Shown here piece by piece: positions 24,473 to 34,779 of a DNA stretch of 37,341 nt (positions within the stretch are counted from its first letter, which is position 1; each line of letters starts with the position of its first letter). The notes under the pieces were generated by a model. The model ran no database searches. It saw only the letters and a list, made by a program, of their open reading frames with translations, and was not told the DNA's origin. Both the position numbers and the translations under genes were made by a program. Source of the stretch: a bacterium (GTDB lineage: Bacteria; Zhuqueibacterota; Zhuqueibacteria; Oceanimicrobiales; Oceanimicrobiaceae); the NCBI GenBank assembly GCA_046757025.1, contig JBHHXN010000035.1:1-37341 (forward strand), in the 5' to 3' direction.

Positions 24473-25246
24473 ATGCAATATTTCATCATCGCGGTTGCTG
24501 CGCTCGTCACTTCAGGATTGACGCTGTTTTCAGGATTTGGTTTAGGCACCTTGCTTTTGCCGGTATTTGCGGTTTTTTTTCCGGTCGAAACCGCCATCGT
24601 CATAACCGCCATCGTGCACCTTTTGAACAACATCTTTAAGTTTATTTTGCTGGGCAAATTTTCCGACTGGGGGGTGGTAATTCGGTTTGGCATGCCGGCC
24701 ATTTTGGCGGCATTCTTAGGCGCGAAAATTTTACTCTGGTTTGCAGAGCTGGCTCCTCTGGCGCACTACACGCTTGGTGGGCACGTTTTTTTGATCACCC
24801 CCATCAAAGTGGTCATCGCGGTTTTGATGACGATCTTTGCGCTTCTGGAAATTTTACCGCAACTGGACCATCTGACGCTGGACAAAAAGTACCTGCCAGC
24901 CGGCGGCGTTCTCAGCGGATTTTTCGGCGGTTTATCCGGTCATCAGGGCGCACTGCGCAGCGCGTTCTTGCTCAAATGCGGTCTCACCAAAGAAACTTTC
25001 ATCGCCACCGGCGTCGCCATCTCGTGCATCGTGGACATTACCCGCATTTTTGTCTATTCTTCGCGCTTCGCAGTGGAGTTTTCGCAGAAGAACACCTATT
25101 TGCTCATCACCGCCATTGCCGCGGCTTTCACGGGGGTTTTCATCGGCAGCCGACTCATCAAAAAAATCACCATGCGCACGGTGCGTTTGCTGGTTTCGAT
25201 CTTGCTGTTCGGCATCGCATTGGCCCTGGGTTCGGGTTGGATTTAA
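24473..25246 (+). CDS. Sulfite exporter TauE/SafE family membrane protein
   Basis: SGFGLGTLLLP and GGVLSGFFGGLSGHQG repeats, 8 TM segments. Confidence 0.88.
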   Translation: MQYFIIAVAALVTSGLTLFSGFGLGTLLLPVFAVFFPVETAIVITAIVHLLNNIFKFILLGKFSDWGVVIRFGMPAILAAFLGAKILLWFAELAPLAHYTLGGHVFLITPIKVVIAVLMTIFALLEILPQLDHLTLDKKYLPAGGVLSGFFGGLSGHQGALRSAFLLKCGLTKETFIATGVAISCIVDITRIFVYSSRFAVEFSQKNTYLLITAIAAAFTGVFIGSRLIKKITMRTVRLLVSILLFGIALALGSGWI

Positions 25247-25302
25247 CCTGAGCATTTCACTGCCATCCGAAATATTTTCAATTTTATCGTTTCTGGTTAT
25301 TT

Positions 25303-26400
25303 ATGAAAAGCGCCATTAAATTCGTAAAGATCACTCTATGGTCGGGTCTGATTTTATTTGCCGGGGCCGTGATCATTCGGTTCTGGTTTATTGAGTCAGA
25401 AATCGCGGCGGACGACCCTAAAATTCAATACTCTGGCCGCATCGACTTCCGTGACCCCAAAGCGCCGGTGTTGTTCTGGCCGGGGACAAAAATCGTTGCA
25501 AAATTTCAAGGATCGTCACTGAAATTAAAAATGACGGACCAAAGCGGCGAAAATTTTTACCAGATCATCCTCGACGATGACGTTGCACATCCGATCATTC
25601 TGGATTGTCTGCCGGACACCAATCTTTATGAAATAGCTTCCGCTTTAAAAGATACGGTTCACAAAATTGAAATTTTTAGGCGAACGGAGACCGACACGGG
25701 ACCCACCGTGTTCCAGGGATTTATTTTAGCTGCCCGAAAGCGCCTGGTAAAACCGCCCGCGCCACCCGTTCGGCGCCTGGAATTTTACGGCGATTCCATC
25801 ACCAGCGGCCTGGCCAACGAATGTCGGCCGGGCGACAATCCCAAAGATGAATCCAAACAGAACAACTATCTAACTTATGGCGCCATCACCGCCCGCATGC
25901 TGAACGCCGATTATGTTTGCATATCAAAAAGCGGTATCGGATTGATGGTGAGCTGGTTTCCGCTAATCATGCCGCAATTTTACGACCGTTTAAATCCAAC
26001 CGATCCCCAAAGCAAATGGGACTTCACAAAATGGCAGCCGGATGCCGTGGTGGTAAATTTACTGCAAAACGATAGCTGGCTCGTCCACACGCTGCAGCCA
26101 AAGCCGGACTCCATGCAAATCATTCAAGCTTACGTTGATTTCGTTCGCCAAATTCGGAGAGTTTATCCGAATGCGGCCATCTTCTGCACGTTGGGCAATA
26201 TGGACATCATCCTGCCTGGCCAGCCCTGGCCGGGATATGTTCAAACCGCCGTAGAACAAATTCGCAAACAGTTCGCCGACACCAGGGTTTTTTCTTTCAT
26301 CTTTTCCGCAGTCAATACCAGCAGCCACCCCACGGTCGAAGAGCATTTCGAAATGGCGGATGAACTTGCTGAATTTATTCGAAATAAATTGAGCTGGTAA
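25303..26400 (+). CDS. SGNH/GDSL hydrolase, carbohydrate esterase family 2-like
   Basis: N-terminal anchor, YSGR/WPG beta domain, FYGDSITSG, SGIG, NLLQND and HP catalytic motifs. Confidence 0.88.
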   Translation: MKSAIKFVKITLWSGLILFAGAVIIRFWFIESEIAADDPKIQYSGRIDFRDPKAPVLFWPGTKIVAKFQGSSLKLKMTDQSGENFYQIILDDDVAHPIILDCLPDTNLYEIASALKDTVHKIEIFRRTETDTGPTVFQGFILAARKRLVKPPAPPVRRLEFYGDSITSGLANECRPGDNPKDESKQNNYLTYGAITARMLNADYVCISKSGIGLMVSWFPLIMPQFYDRLNPTDPQSKWDFTKWQPDAVVVNLLQNDSWLVHTLQPKPDSMQIIQAYVDFVRQIRRVYPNAAIFCTLGNMDIILPGQPWPGYVQTAVEQIRKQFADTRVFSFIFSAVNTSSHPTVEEHFEMADELAEFIRNKLSW

Positions 26401-26680
26401 CCTGGTTTTATTACAGAGATGACGGCCATAAAAAAAATAAACTTGATATTTTTTTATTTAAGTTGCAAATTGTAGAAGACGTATATTAAATAGTGCAAGG
26501 ATGTATTATCTACGCGACCGATTCGTCAGCGCAAGACTTAAGAACGAGCTGTTTTCTAAAACGAACAATTCTCTATTCCATTGCAGCAAAACAATTCTAC
26601 AATGCATGTTAAAACGTGTGTTTTTTTCGTTTTGTGGAAATGAGGAATGTAAGTTAAAATAAATATATAAAAGTGGAGTA

Positions 26681-28654
26681 ATGGTCATGAGAAGAAAACA
26701 CTTCTCACGTTTTAGTAACCTGGCAAACCTGCTGTTGCTAATTTTGGTGTCCGGGCTCATCGCCCAAAACCAAGCCGGAGTGAATTATTTTGCTCAGGGG
26801 GAAAAGTTACTGAAAGATGGCAAGTGGCGCGAAGCCTTGCAAACCTGGAAAGCAGGTAAAATTGCATTAGATAAAAATCTTCTGGTCGATCCGCGACTGG
26901 GGTTTCATTTCATCGAAATCGCCACTAAAAATTCGGCTGAAGAATTTTACACCGATGCCTGTGAGCTGTATTTCTGGGCTTTAAAACAAACAGAACTAGC
27001 CCGGTATGAGACGGCGTTTCAAAGCGTCATCGATCAAATGATCGCTATTTTAGATAATGAGTTATATCTAAAATGGCAGGAGATGTTAAAGCAACGAGAC
27101 ACCACACTAAATGAAGAAATCAGAGATTATTGGCAGCAACGCGACCCCACACCGTCCACCCCTCTGGTAAACGAGCGGTTGCTCGAACACTATCAACGCA
27201 TTGCATACGCACGTAAAAATTTCAAGAAAGCCAAACACAAAATTTACGGAACCGATGATCGCGGCCTCATCTACATTAAATTTGGCCAGCCGTATAATAT
27301 CACCTCCGGCATTCTCGGCTCCAATCGTTTGGTGTACAAACGCTGGATCGATGTGCTGTATCTTTACCAGCGTGCCAACCGAGGGGATGAAGAAAGATTC
27401 GTTCAAGCTGTGGACCGCTACAACCGCAATCCGGAATTCGAGCTCTGGCTCTACCCCACCCTGGAACCCGATCAGCGTACTTTTTACTTGTTTGGCCGGA
27501 AAGAAGGGTACGGGACATTCGGTTTGCGCAACGGCGTTGAGGAGCTCATTCCCGATTCCGCTTTTAGAAGAATTGCCAGCCGCTACTCTGGCGGCATCAC
27601 ACCGGGAGCTATCCTGCAAACAATTTATTACGGCGAGCTGATGCATCTGCACGACTTTTTCGCTAACCGGCTGTTCGAGCTCGACCAGGCCTGGAATGCG
27701 TATCAAAGTCAGGGTCGACAGGGATTCAGCGACAATCAATTCGCGGATCTGCGTGCCCGCTTTCGATTATTAGAGATAGACATGGTCAATCAACGCAATG
27801 TACCGGACGCCAGATCGACCCTTGATAGAGATACCCCGCCCGTTGACCTCATCGTGCAGTCGGTGCGGCGCTTGGACGAAAGCAATCAGCCGCAAATGGC
27901 TTTTGTGGCTTTAACCTATCCACATGCCGTGAGAAAAGCGCTCACGGTGAGCTTAAGAGAAGACGCCACCGGCTACCAGGTTGTGCACACTTTACGAGTT
28001 TTAGGTGAGACAGGAAAAGAAATTGACCGCAAGGTCGATAAATTGTACGCCAATTTTGAAAATATCACGACTTTTACTTTTCCGCATGACCGTAACCAGG
28101 ATGGATATCATTTCATCGCCGAAGTTTTTAAGCTGAGTGAGGAGCAAAAGTTGCAGACCGAAGCGTCGGCTATTCAACCCAATTCAGCGGCCAGAGGCTT
28201 CAACGATCTGAAAGTGGCGGGAGAACCGCCGCTGTCCACTGAGCAGGACGTGCTGGAGCTCAGCGATTTGATCATTGGCGTGGATTCTCCCACAGGCCGA
28301 AGTCGCCAGCGTTTGAAATTTCCCATCCTCCCGTACAACGAAATTTACCTGCCACAAGCGCTTAAAGTTTATTTCGAAATTTATCACTTGCAAAAGGATG
28401 AAGAAAATCGTGCGCATTATACCATCAAGTTGCAGGTAGCCAAATTGCACGGTCGCAAAAAGACCAAAAAAGAAATGATCTCGCTTTCGCACGATTTTGA
28501 GTCCGCCGACACGCGCACCCAGGAACAGTTTGAAATGGACATTTCAAAATTAGCATCCGGAAATTACGAGCTTTTAGTGGTGGTAACCGACGGTGTTTCC
28601 CAGCAAAATAAAAACCGCTTTGCATTTTTTACTATTCTGGAGGAGGATGAATAA
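26681..28654 (+). CDS. GWxTD-domain-like secreted protein with N-terminal TPR-like helices (paralog B)
   Basis: YWQQRDPTPSTPLVNERLLEHYQRI, GTDDRGLIYIKFGQP, ELWLYP and LASGNYEL motifs. The start may be the ATG at 26687, which is better spaced from GGAG. Confidence 0.85.
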   Translation: MVMRRKHFSRFSNLANLLLLILVSGLIAQNQAGVNYFAQGEKLLKDGKWREALQTWKAGKIALDKNLLVDPRLGFHFIEIATKNSAEEFYTDACELYFWALKQTELARYETAFQSVIDQMIAILDNELYLKWQEMLKQRDTTLNEEIRDYWQQRDPTPSTPLVNERLLEHYQRIAYARKNFKKAKHKIYGTDDRGLIYIKFGQPYNITSGILGSNRLVYKRWIDVLYLYQRANRGDEERFVQAVDRYNRNPEFELWLYPTLEPDQRTFYLFGRKEGYGTFGLRNGVEELIPDSAFRRIASRYSGGITPGAILQTIYYGELMHLHDFFANRLFELDQAWNAYQSQGRQGFSDNQFADLRARFRLLEIDMVNQRNVPDARSTLDRDTPPVDLIVQSVRRLDESNQPQMAFVALTYPHAVRKALTVSLREDATGYQVVHTLRVLGETGKEIDRKVDKLYANFENITTFTFPHDRNQDGYHFIAEVFKLSEEQKLQTEASAIQPNSAARGFNDLKVAGEPPLSTEQDVLELSDLIIGVDSPTGRSRQRLKFPILPYNEIYLPQALKVYFEIYHLQKDEENRAHYTIKLQVAKLHGRKKTKKEMISLSHDFESADTRTQEQFEMDISKLASGNYELLVVVTDGVSQQNKNRFAFFTILEEDE

Positions 28655-28892
28655 GTACTAACGTGAATCAAAACAGGCGCGGGATTTCGAGAACGCACAT
28701 ATTTTCACAAACACAATAATTCCCAATACCACGGTGCGAAATCGCTGGTGGGGCTTCCACAAATAATTGCCGTTTTTTTTTAAAACAATTAATAGAACTC
28801 TGCGTAGTAAGCGAGTAGCTACGATTCCAAAATCGTTGCCAATTTTGGGAGGAAAATTCCATATATTTTCACATTAATCCATTTTCAAATTT

Positions 28893-28917
28893 GGGTGTCC
28901 ACGCTTTGGCGCGTGCT
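28893..28917. repeat. Short CACGC-TTTG-GCG(C)GTG palindromic repeat
   Basis: GGGTGTCCACGCTTTGGCGCGTGCT resembles the joined flanks of MITE A (15834-15850 plus 16007-16016). Confidence 0.45.
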
Positions 28918-28990
28918 CCCTCCGCCCCTTTAGTTTAATTTTGTACGTCAATTTGGCTGAAAATTGTAACTCGTAACAGAGCAGAAACCT

Positions 28991-30022
28991 ATGACCAATC
29001 CACCCAATACCGTGGCCGTTTCCGACCTGACCGAGAATCGGGTGCGAAAATTGATGAAAAAACTGACGCTGCTGCAGCAGGAAATCCAGAAAAGGATCAT
29101 CGGGCAGGAGCAGACTATCCACGAGTTGCTCATTGCGTTCATCGCCGGCGGGCATTGCTTGATCGAAGGTGTGCCCGGACTGGCCAAAACACTTATGATT
29201 CGCACCCTGGCTGAGGCCGTGCACCTCACTTTCCACCGCATTCAATTTACACCGGACCTCATGCCCTCCGACATCATCGGTACGGAAGTCCTGGAAGAAG
29301 ACCACACCACCGGCAAGCGCTTCTTTAAATTCAATCGCGGGCCAGTATTTGCCAACATCATTCTGGCGGATGAAATCAACCGCACGCCACCGAAAACGCA
29401 ATCGGCTCTGCTGGAAGCAATGCAGGAATTCGAAGTCACGTATGGCGGGGAAACCTACCCACTGCAGCGGCCGTTTTTTGTGCTGGCGACGCAGAATCCC
29501 ATCGAGCAGGCCGGCACTTATCCCCTACCAGAAGCGCAACTGGACCGCTTTTTACTCAACGTGAACATCGATTATCCACAAGAGGAAGAAGAATTTCGGA
29601 TTCTGTCTTCCACCACCGGCAGCGGTTCTGTGGACATAAAGCCGGTGATGGCCGCGGAAGAAATTCAAAAAGTGCAGGTGCTTGTGAGGGATGTGTTGAT
29701 CAAAGACGAGCTGGTGAATTACGTAAATCGATTGGTTCGTGCTTCCCGACCCGCGCAATCGGCCTTACCCTATGTGCAGGAATGGGTGCGTTGGGGCGCG
29801 GGACCGCGCGCCGGGCAGGCCATGATTTTGACGGCCAAAGCCCGGGCTTTACTGAATAATCGCTTTTCGGTGACCATGCCCGATCTGCAGGCCATGGCTT
29901 TGCCGGTTTTGCGACACCGCATTCTGGTCAATTTTAAAGCGGAAGCGCAGCGGATTCGCGCGGACGATGTCACGCGCGAACTGCTGGCCAAAACGCCTGA
30001 ACCGCGCAGCCCACTGGTGTAA
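28991..30022 (+). CDS. moxR: MoxR family AAA+ ATPase
   Basis: Walker A EGVPGLAKT, RIQFTPDLMPSD, Walker B LADEINR, ATQNPIEQ.GTYPLPEAQLDRF. Confidence 0.96.
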   Translation: MTNPPNTVAVSDLTENRVRKLMKKLTLLQQEIQKRIIGQEQTIHELLIAFIAGGHCLIEGVPGLAKTLMIRTLAEAVHLTFHRIQFTPDLMPSDIIGTEVLEEDHTTGKRFFKFNRGPVFANIILADEINRTPPKTQSALLEAMQEFEVTYGGETYPLQRPFFVLATQNPIEQAGTYPLPEAQLDRFLLNVNIDYPQEEEEFRILSSTTGSGSVDIKPVMAAEEIQKVQVLVRDVLIKDELVNYVNRLVRASRPAQSALPYVQEWVRWGAGPRAGQAMILTAKARALLNNRFSVTMPDLQAMALPVLRHRILVNFKAEAQRIRADDVTRELLAKTPEPRSPLV

Positions 30023-30037
30023 CGGCCGTAGAAAGCC

Positions 30038-30934
30038 ATGTCTGTTTCTTCTTACCAATTCATCGACCCGCAAATTCTGGCCGCCATAGCCAATTTGCAG
30101 CTCATCGCCAAAACCGTGGTGGATGGCTTCATGCTGGGGTCGCACCAGAGTCCCAAACCGGGCGTCGGGCTGGAATTTAACCAGTACCGCAGCTATCAGC
30201 CCGGCGACGATCTGCGCCGGGTAGATTGGAAAATGTACGCCCGCTCGGACCGTTACTTCGTTCGAGAATCGGAAATCGAAACCAGCATCGGCATCAATTT
30301 TGTTTTAGACGCCACGGCCTCCATGTCGCATGTGGAAAATCAAATCTCCAAATTCGACTACGCGAGATTTTTAATCGCTTCGTTGGCTTATCTTGCCAGA
30401 AGTCAGGGGGATGCCGTCGGTTTGATGGCGGTAAACGGCCAATCCGTTTCGCAATTGCCTCCCAGGCGGGACCATCAGCATTTACACCGTTTTTTGCATC
30501 AGTTGGAAAACATCGCACCGCAAGGCCGCTGGCCGGACTGGCAAGTGCTGGAAACGATTTTTACCGTGACTCAAAAACGAGAGGTCATCGTTTTTGTCAG
30601 CGATATGTATGAACGGGAGTCCGAAATCCAAAAATTGCTGAGCGTTCTGAGCTCCTATAAAAATGAAGTGCTGCTGTTTCATATTATGGGAAACGACGAG
30701 TTGCAGTTTAACTATAAAGGCCATCTAAATTTTGAAGATTTGGAAACCGGCGAAACTGTACAGGTGCATGCTGATAAAAGCCGGGAAGATTATTTACACC
30801 AACTCGACGAACACTTGCAAAAACTGCAACAGAGTGCGCACGACCAAAACATAGCTTACGAGCAGTGTGTTCTGAACCAGCCGCTGGATTATGCTCTGCG
30901 CAACTATCTCATGCATCGAACCAAAAAAGTTTAA
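30038..30934 (+). CDS. DUF58 domain (vWA-like) protein
   Basis: EF.QYR.YQPGDDLRRVDWK, MIDAS-like DATASM, VSD. Follows moxR. Confidence 0.93.
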   Translation: MSVSSYQFIDPQILAAIANLQLIAKTVVDGFMLGSHQSPKPGVGLEFNQYRSYQPGDDLRRVDWKMYARSDRYFVRESEIETSIGINFVLDATASMSHVENQISKFDYARFLIASLAYLARSQGDAVGLMAVNGQSVSQLPPRRDHQHLHRFLHQLENIAPQGRWPDWQVLETIFTVTQKREVIVFVSDMYERESEIQKLLSVLSSYKNEVLLFHIMGNDELQFNYKGHLNFEDLETGETVQVHADKSREDYLHQLDEHLQKLQQSAHDQNIAYEQCVLNQPLDYALRNYLMHRTKKV

Positions 30935-30943
30935 TAAACAATC

Positions 30944-32506
30944 ATGCTGCAGTTGCTTTCGCCAATTTCATTGATTGCGTTTTTATCTTTGTTGGTCCCC
31001 ATCGCCCTTCACCTGTGGAGCCGTACACGCGGCAAAACCGTGAAAATTGGCAGCGTGCGATTCCTCCGGGCTTCGCGGAGTTACCAGTTGCGCAGCTTAA
31101 AAATCGATGAAGTCTGGCTGCTCGTTTTGCGTCTGCTGATGTTGAGTCTGCTGGTGCTACTGCTGGCCAAACCGGGGTGGCAGAGCCGTCAAAAGCAAAA
31201 AGTCAGCCGACCAGCGGGCTGGATTTTGATCAGTGCGGAGCTGATGAACGAGCCTCTCACTCTTTCTGTGCAGAAAACCATAGACTCACTTACAACCGCA
31301 GGAAATGAGCTGCGGCTGCTGGCTGAAAACTTTCCTGAAATTTCACTTAGCGATTCACTGAACCGGCAATTCACCAACATGGATTACTGGTCATGGCTGC
31401 GGGCAGCGGCGGCCACAGCTCCTGAAAATATCCCCTTCTGGATTTTTACTTCCAATCGACTGGCGGCGTTTAAAGGCGAACGTCCCCGTATTCCCGCTGA
31501 AGTGCACTGGGTTACAGTGAGCAACAGCCGCCACAATAGTTGGATCGAAGCCGCCCGGGTGGTGCCCCGCGACCGTCTGCGCATCACCATCGGTTCCAGC
31601 GACTCCAGCGCCACCGTGTTTAAAACAACGAGCGTGCTTTTACCGGCTCAACGCACGGTCATTGACACGGGGCAACTGGGGCCGTTAGAAATCGCACCCG
31701 ACACGGCGAAATCGAAAATCACCATCCGCTTGCTGGAACAGGGTGCGGAAGCTGTCAACAACACGTTCATTTTGAGCTTGCAGAAGTCTCCTTTGCAGGC
31801 GATCATTTATTTTGAGGAATCCCGGCGCGAGGACGCCCGCTATGTGGAGCTCGCGCTTCAGTCGGTCGCGGAATTTGCTGGTTACGATTGTCAGATTCGA
31901 AATCAGCTCATCGCAGAAAACAACCTGCAATTGGAATCGGGTGATTTGATTTTCTGGCTGTCACAAAGGGCCGTTCCTGCCGAATGGTTCGACGGGGTTG
32001 AACTGCGTGGAATCATCGTGAGCGACGCCGACTCGGCCCGGTATTTTGAGGGCCACAGTCAAATTCACATGCGGGATGTTGCTTCCCCTCACACCGTACC
32101 GCTGCATCGTCGTGTCCAAGCCACAAACGCCGGTTTGATCTTATGGCGAGACGGCTTTGGCCAGGCGCTTTTAACCAAACGAATTCAACGCGGTTTGACT
32201 CTTTTGCAATTTCACAGCCGCTTTCATCCACAGTGGAATGACCTGGTGCTCAACCCGGCTTTTCCTGAGTGGATGCTGCATTTGCTGGAAACGAGCGCCA
32301 AAGCGTCCCTGGCACAAACCTCCAGACCCGAACGGTGGGATCAAAGAAGCCTCGCGGCGGTACAAATTTTACCAGAGAAATCGACGACCTCCCGCATTGA
32401 AAAAAAAATAAGCATAACCGATTTGCACTGGTTGTTCTGGCTGGCGGCGCTGGCATTGTTTGCGTTGGAAAGGTGGTTTTCGGTGAAAAAACCCGTGGCG
32501 ACTTGA
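30944..32506 (+). CDS. BatA N-terminal domain membrane protein
   Basis: LLVPIALHL...GSVRFL...LLVLRLLMLSLLVLLLAKP double-TM N-terminus and C-terminal TM ending LERW. Confidence 0.85.
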   Translation: MLQLLSPISLIAFLSLLVPIALHLWSRTRGKTVKIGSVRFLRASRSYQLRSLKIDEVWLLVLRLLMLSLLVLLLAKPGWQSRQKQKVSRPAGWILISAELMNEPLTLSVQKTIDSLTTAGNELRLLAENFPEISLSDSLNRQFTNMDYWSWLRAAAATAPENIPFWIFTSNRLAAFKGERPRIPAEVHWVTVSNSRHNSWIEAARVVPRDRLRITIGSSDSSATVFKTTSVLLPAQRTVIDTGQLGPLEIAPDTAKSKITIRLLEQGAEAVNNTFILSLQKSPLQAIIYFEESRREDARYVELALQSVAEFAGYDCQIRNQLIAENNLQLESGDLIFWLSQRAVPAEWFDGVELRGIIVSDADSARYFEGHSQIHMRDVASPHTVPLHRRVQATNAGLILWRDGFGQALLTKRIQRGLTLLQFHSRFHPQWNDLVLNPAFPEWMLHLLETSAKASLAQTSRPERWDQRSLAAVQILPEKSTTSRIEKKISITDLHWLFWLAALALFALERWFSVKKPVAT

Positions 32507-32526
32507 TTTACATAAACAAATAATTT

Positions 32527-34779
32527 ATGAGATCCAAAACAATCCGCATTCAAAAACTCACTGCACAGTGGCGGCGAAAACTTTTATTTCGCAAGGCCCT
32601 CATTGCGTTTGGGATGGCGCTTTTATGCAGCGCGGTTATCCACTCGGTGTTTTTACTCCGCGGATTAGCCCAAATGTGGCTGGGGGGAGGGTGTTTTGTG
32701 CTCATTTTCATGCTCCTGTGGCGGACGCGTATGCACAAAAAAGCCGATGCCTTCCAGATGGCGCGCCATCTGGATCGCACTTTTCCAGAGTTGGAAGAAA
32801 GCAGCCACTTATTTTTGAAACCCGAATCTTCGTTAAATCTGATCGAGCGGCTGCAAAGAAATCGCGTGGAGCATGAATTTCACCAGCATTCGTTTAGCGG
32901 CATCCTGCCCAACCGTTCGCTGGCGCGGGCCGCCATCTTTTGTTTGCTAACTGTGCTGGTCGTGGTGTTACTCAATTTATCCATTTGGAAAAATCGAGTT
33001 TTAAACAGGTCGGCTGCGGATGCGACCGCGGCCGATCATTCTAACCTCTCTGATATAGCCGAATCACATCCCACGCCTTTTAAATTCGATTCTGTAAAAA
33101 TACTCGTACAGCCGCCGAAATACACCGGGAAACCGCCACAGCTCGGCTCCAATTTTAACATCGAGGCGCCCGAGGGGTCTGAGATCACTTGGAAATTCCT
33201 GTCCACTCAGAAAATACAAAACGCCAGTCTGGTGTTCAGCAGCGGCGACACACTGCCCTTGCAAACGGTTGACCGGCGGACTTTTCGAGTGAGCCGCTCT
33301 CTCTGGCACTCCGAGATTTATTATCTGATCTTCTATTCGCAGATAGAATCGCGGCAATTCAGCGACTATTTCAGTATCAAAATAATCAAGGATAGGCCGC
33401 CGGAATTGCGGGTGATTCAGCCGCCGGTGCGCCAGGAAATAGCTACCGACGGACCTTTCGTGATCCCGTTAAAAGTGTCAGCCCGCGATGATTACGGCCT
33501 GTCCCGAGCTGAAATCGTGGCAACCGTTTCCAAAGGCGCAGGCGAGGCAGTCAAGTTTCGCGAACAAACCCTGCCATTCGAGCAACGCATTTACAAACCG
33601 GTAAACCGCATGGAGCTTTCCACTTTGCTGGATTTGAAAAAATTGGGCATGCAGCCCGGCGACGAGCTGTATTTTCATGTGGCCGCGCGAGATAACCGCC
33701 AGCCGCAATCCAACCGCAGCCGCTCGGAAACCCGCTTTGTGATCTGGCCCGACACATCGAAAACCGAGCTGACGGTGAGCAGCGGCATCGCCATCAACCC
33801 CATTCCGGAATATTTTCGCAGTCAGCGCCAGATCATCATCGACACCGAAAAGCTCATCAAAGATAAAGCCCGCCTGGCCGCTGATAAATTTAAACGGCAG
33901 TGCAATAATCTGGGAATCGATCAAAAAGCCTTGCGATTGCGATACGGACAATTTTTAGGCGAAGAGTCCGAAAGCGGACTGGATATGGATATCGTTCAGG
34001 AACGGAACGCAGATGAGCCCGACGTAGAAGAGACCGGTTTTACGCAATCGTTTGATTCTCATGAGCACGAACCCGGAAACCCGCAGGAGTCCAAACCTCA
34101 GGATGCACACAGCGCCGTTCCCGAGCAGTTTATCCACCAACACGACTTCGAAGAAAACGCCACTTTATTCTCGCAGTCGGTGAAATCCAAATTAAAAGCG
34201 GCTCTATCTGAAATGTGGGAGGCAGAACTGCATCTGCGCACATTCCAACCCGAACAAGCCTTACCGTACGAATACCGGGCGCTGGTGTTTTTGAAGAAAG
34301 TGCAGCAGGAATCCCGAATTTATGTGAAACGAATCGGCATGGAACCGCCGCCATTGAAAGTGTCGGAAACGCGCTTGTCAGGGGATCTCGAAGAAATTGA
34401 AAATCGCCGGGTGCAAAAACCCGAAGCCAGGGAAGAAGATGAAGCCGCCGTTCGCCAGGTGCTGCAAATCCTGAGCGATCTGGCAAACGGAGAGACTTCG
34501 CTTGCGCGCGATGAAATTCAAACTCTGCAACTGGCCGAAAAACGGCTCACTCAACACGCGTTGACCAATCCCGCTTCCTACCTTTCCGCGCTTCAGGATT
34601 TGCGCACGTTGATTTTATCTCTGGAAAACCGACGTCAGATTTGCAACGACTGTTTACCGGAGATTGCACGCGCTTTTTGGCGTGTGTTACCGCTACAACA
34701 ACGGCTGCCGGAAAAGCCCACCACCACATCCTCGGACATTTTCACAATCTATTGTAGAAAATTGGGGGTACCGTTTTGA
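32527..34779 (+). CDS. DUF4175-like membrane-anchored protein of MoxR operons
   Basis: N-terminal TMs, PPKYTG, D.PP, ARDDYGL, PGDELYF..ARDN, and helical C-terminus with EYFRSQRQIIIDTE. Confidence 0.75.
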   Translation: MRSKTIRIQKLTAQWRRKLLFRKALIAFGMALLCSAVIHSVFLLRGLAQMWLGGGCFVLIFMLLWRTRMHKKADAFQMARHLDRTFPELEESSHLFLKPESSLNLIERLQRNRVEHEFHQHSFSGILPNRSLARAAIFCLLTVLVVVLLNLSIWKNRVLNRSAADATAADHSNLSDIAESHPTPFKFDSVKILVQPPKYTGKPPQLGSNFNIEAPEGSEITWKFLSTQKIQNASLVFSSGDTLPLQTVDRRTFRVSRSLWHSEIYYLIFYSQIESRQFSDYFSIKIIKDRPPELRVIQPPVRQEIATDGPFVIPLKVSARDDYGLSRAEIVATVSKGAGEAVKFREQTLPFEQRIYKPVNRMELSTLLDLKKLGMQPGDELYFHVAARDNRQPQSNRSRSETRFVIWPDTSKTELTVSSGIAINPIPEYFRSQRQIIIDTEKLIKDKARLAADKFKRQCNNLGIDQKALRLRYGQFLGEESESGLDMDIVQERNADEPDVEETGFTQSFDSHEHEPGNPQESKPQDAHSAVPEQFIHQHDFEENATLFSQSVKSKLKAALSEMWEAELHLRTFQPEQALPYEYRALVFLKKVQQESRIYVKRIGMEPPPLKVSETRLSGDLEEIENRRVQKPEAREEDEAAVRQVLQILSDLANGETSLARDEIQTLQLAEKRLTQHALTNPASYLSALQDLRTLILSLENRRQICNDCLPEIARAFWRVLPLQQRLPEKPTTTSSDIFTIYCRKLGVPF

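Noticed and set aside
18443..26400. Classical polysaccharide utilisation locus
   Set aside because: No glycoside hydrolase, lyase or HTCS/SusR regulator is present. The single CE2-like esterase is divergent and separated by repeats and tauE.
26501..26662. 53-aa ORF and short AACAATTCT direct repeat upstream of GWxTD paralog B
   Set aside because: No properly spaced SD, and a 9-bp repeat in AT-rich DNA is expected by chance.
27107..27739. Long antisense or alternate-frame ORFs (also 6043-6594, 22298-22789, 28874-29401, 33478-33951)
   Set aside because: They overlap well-supported genes and have no motifs, consistent with shadow ORFs.
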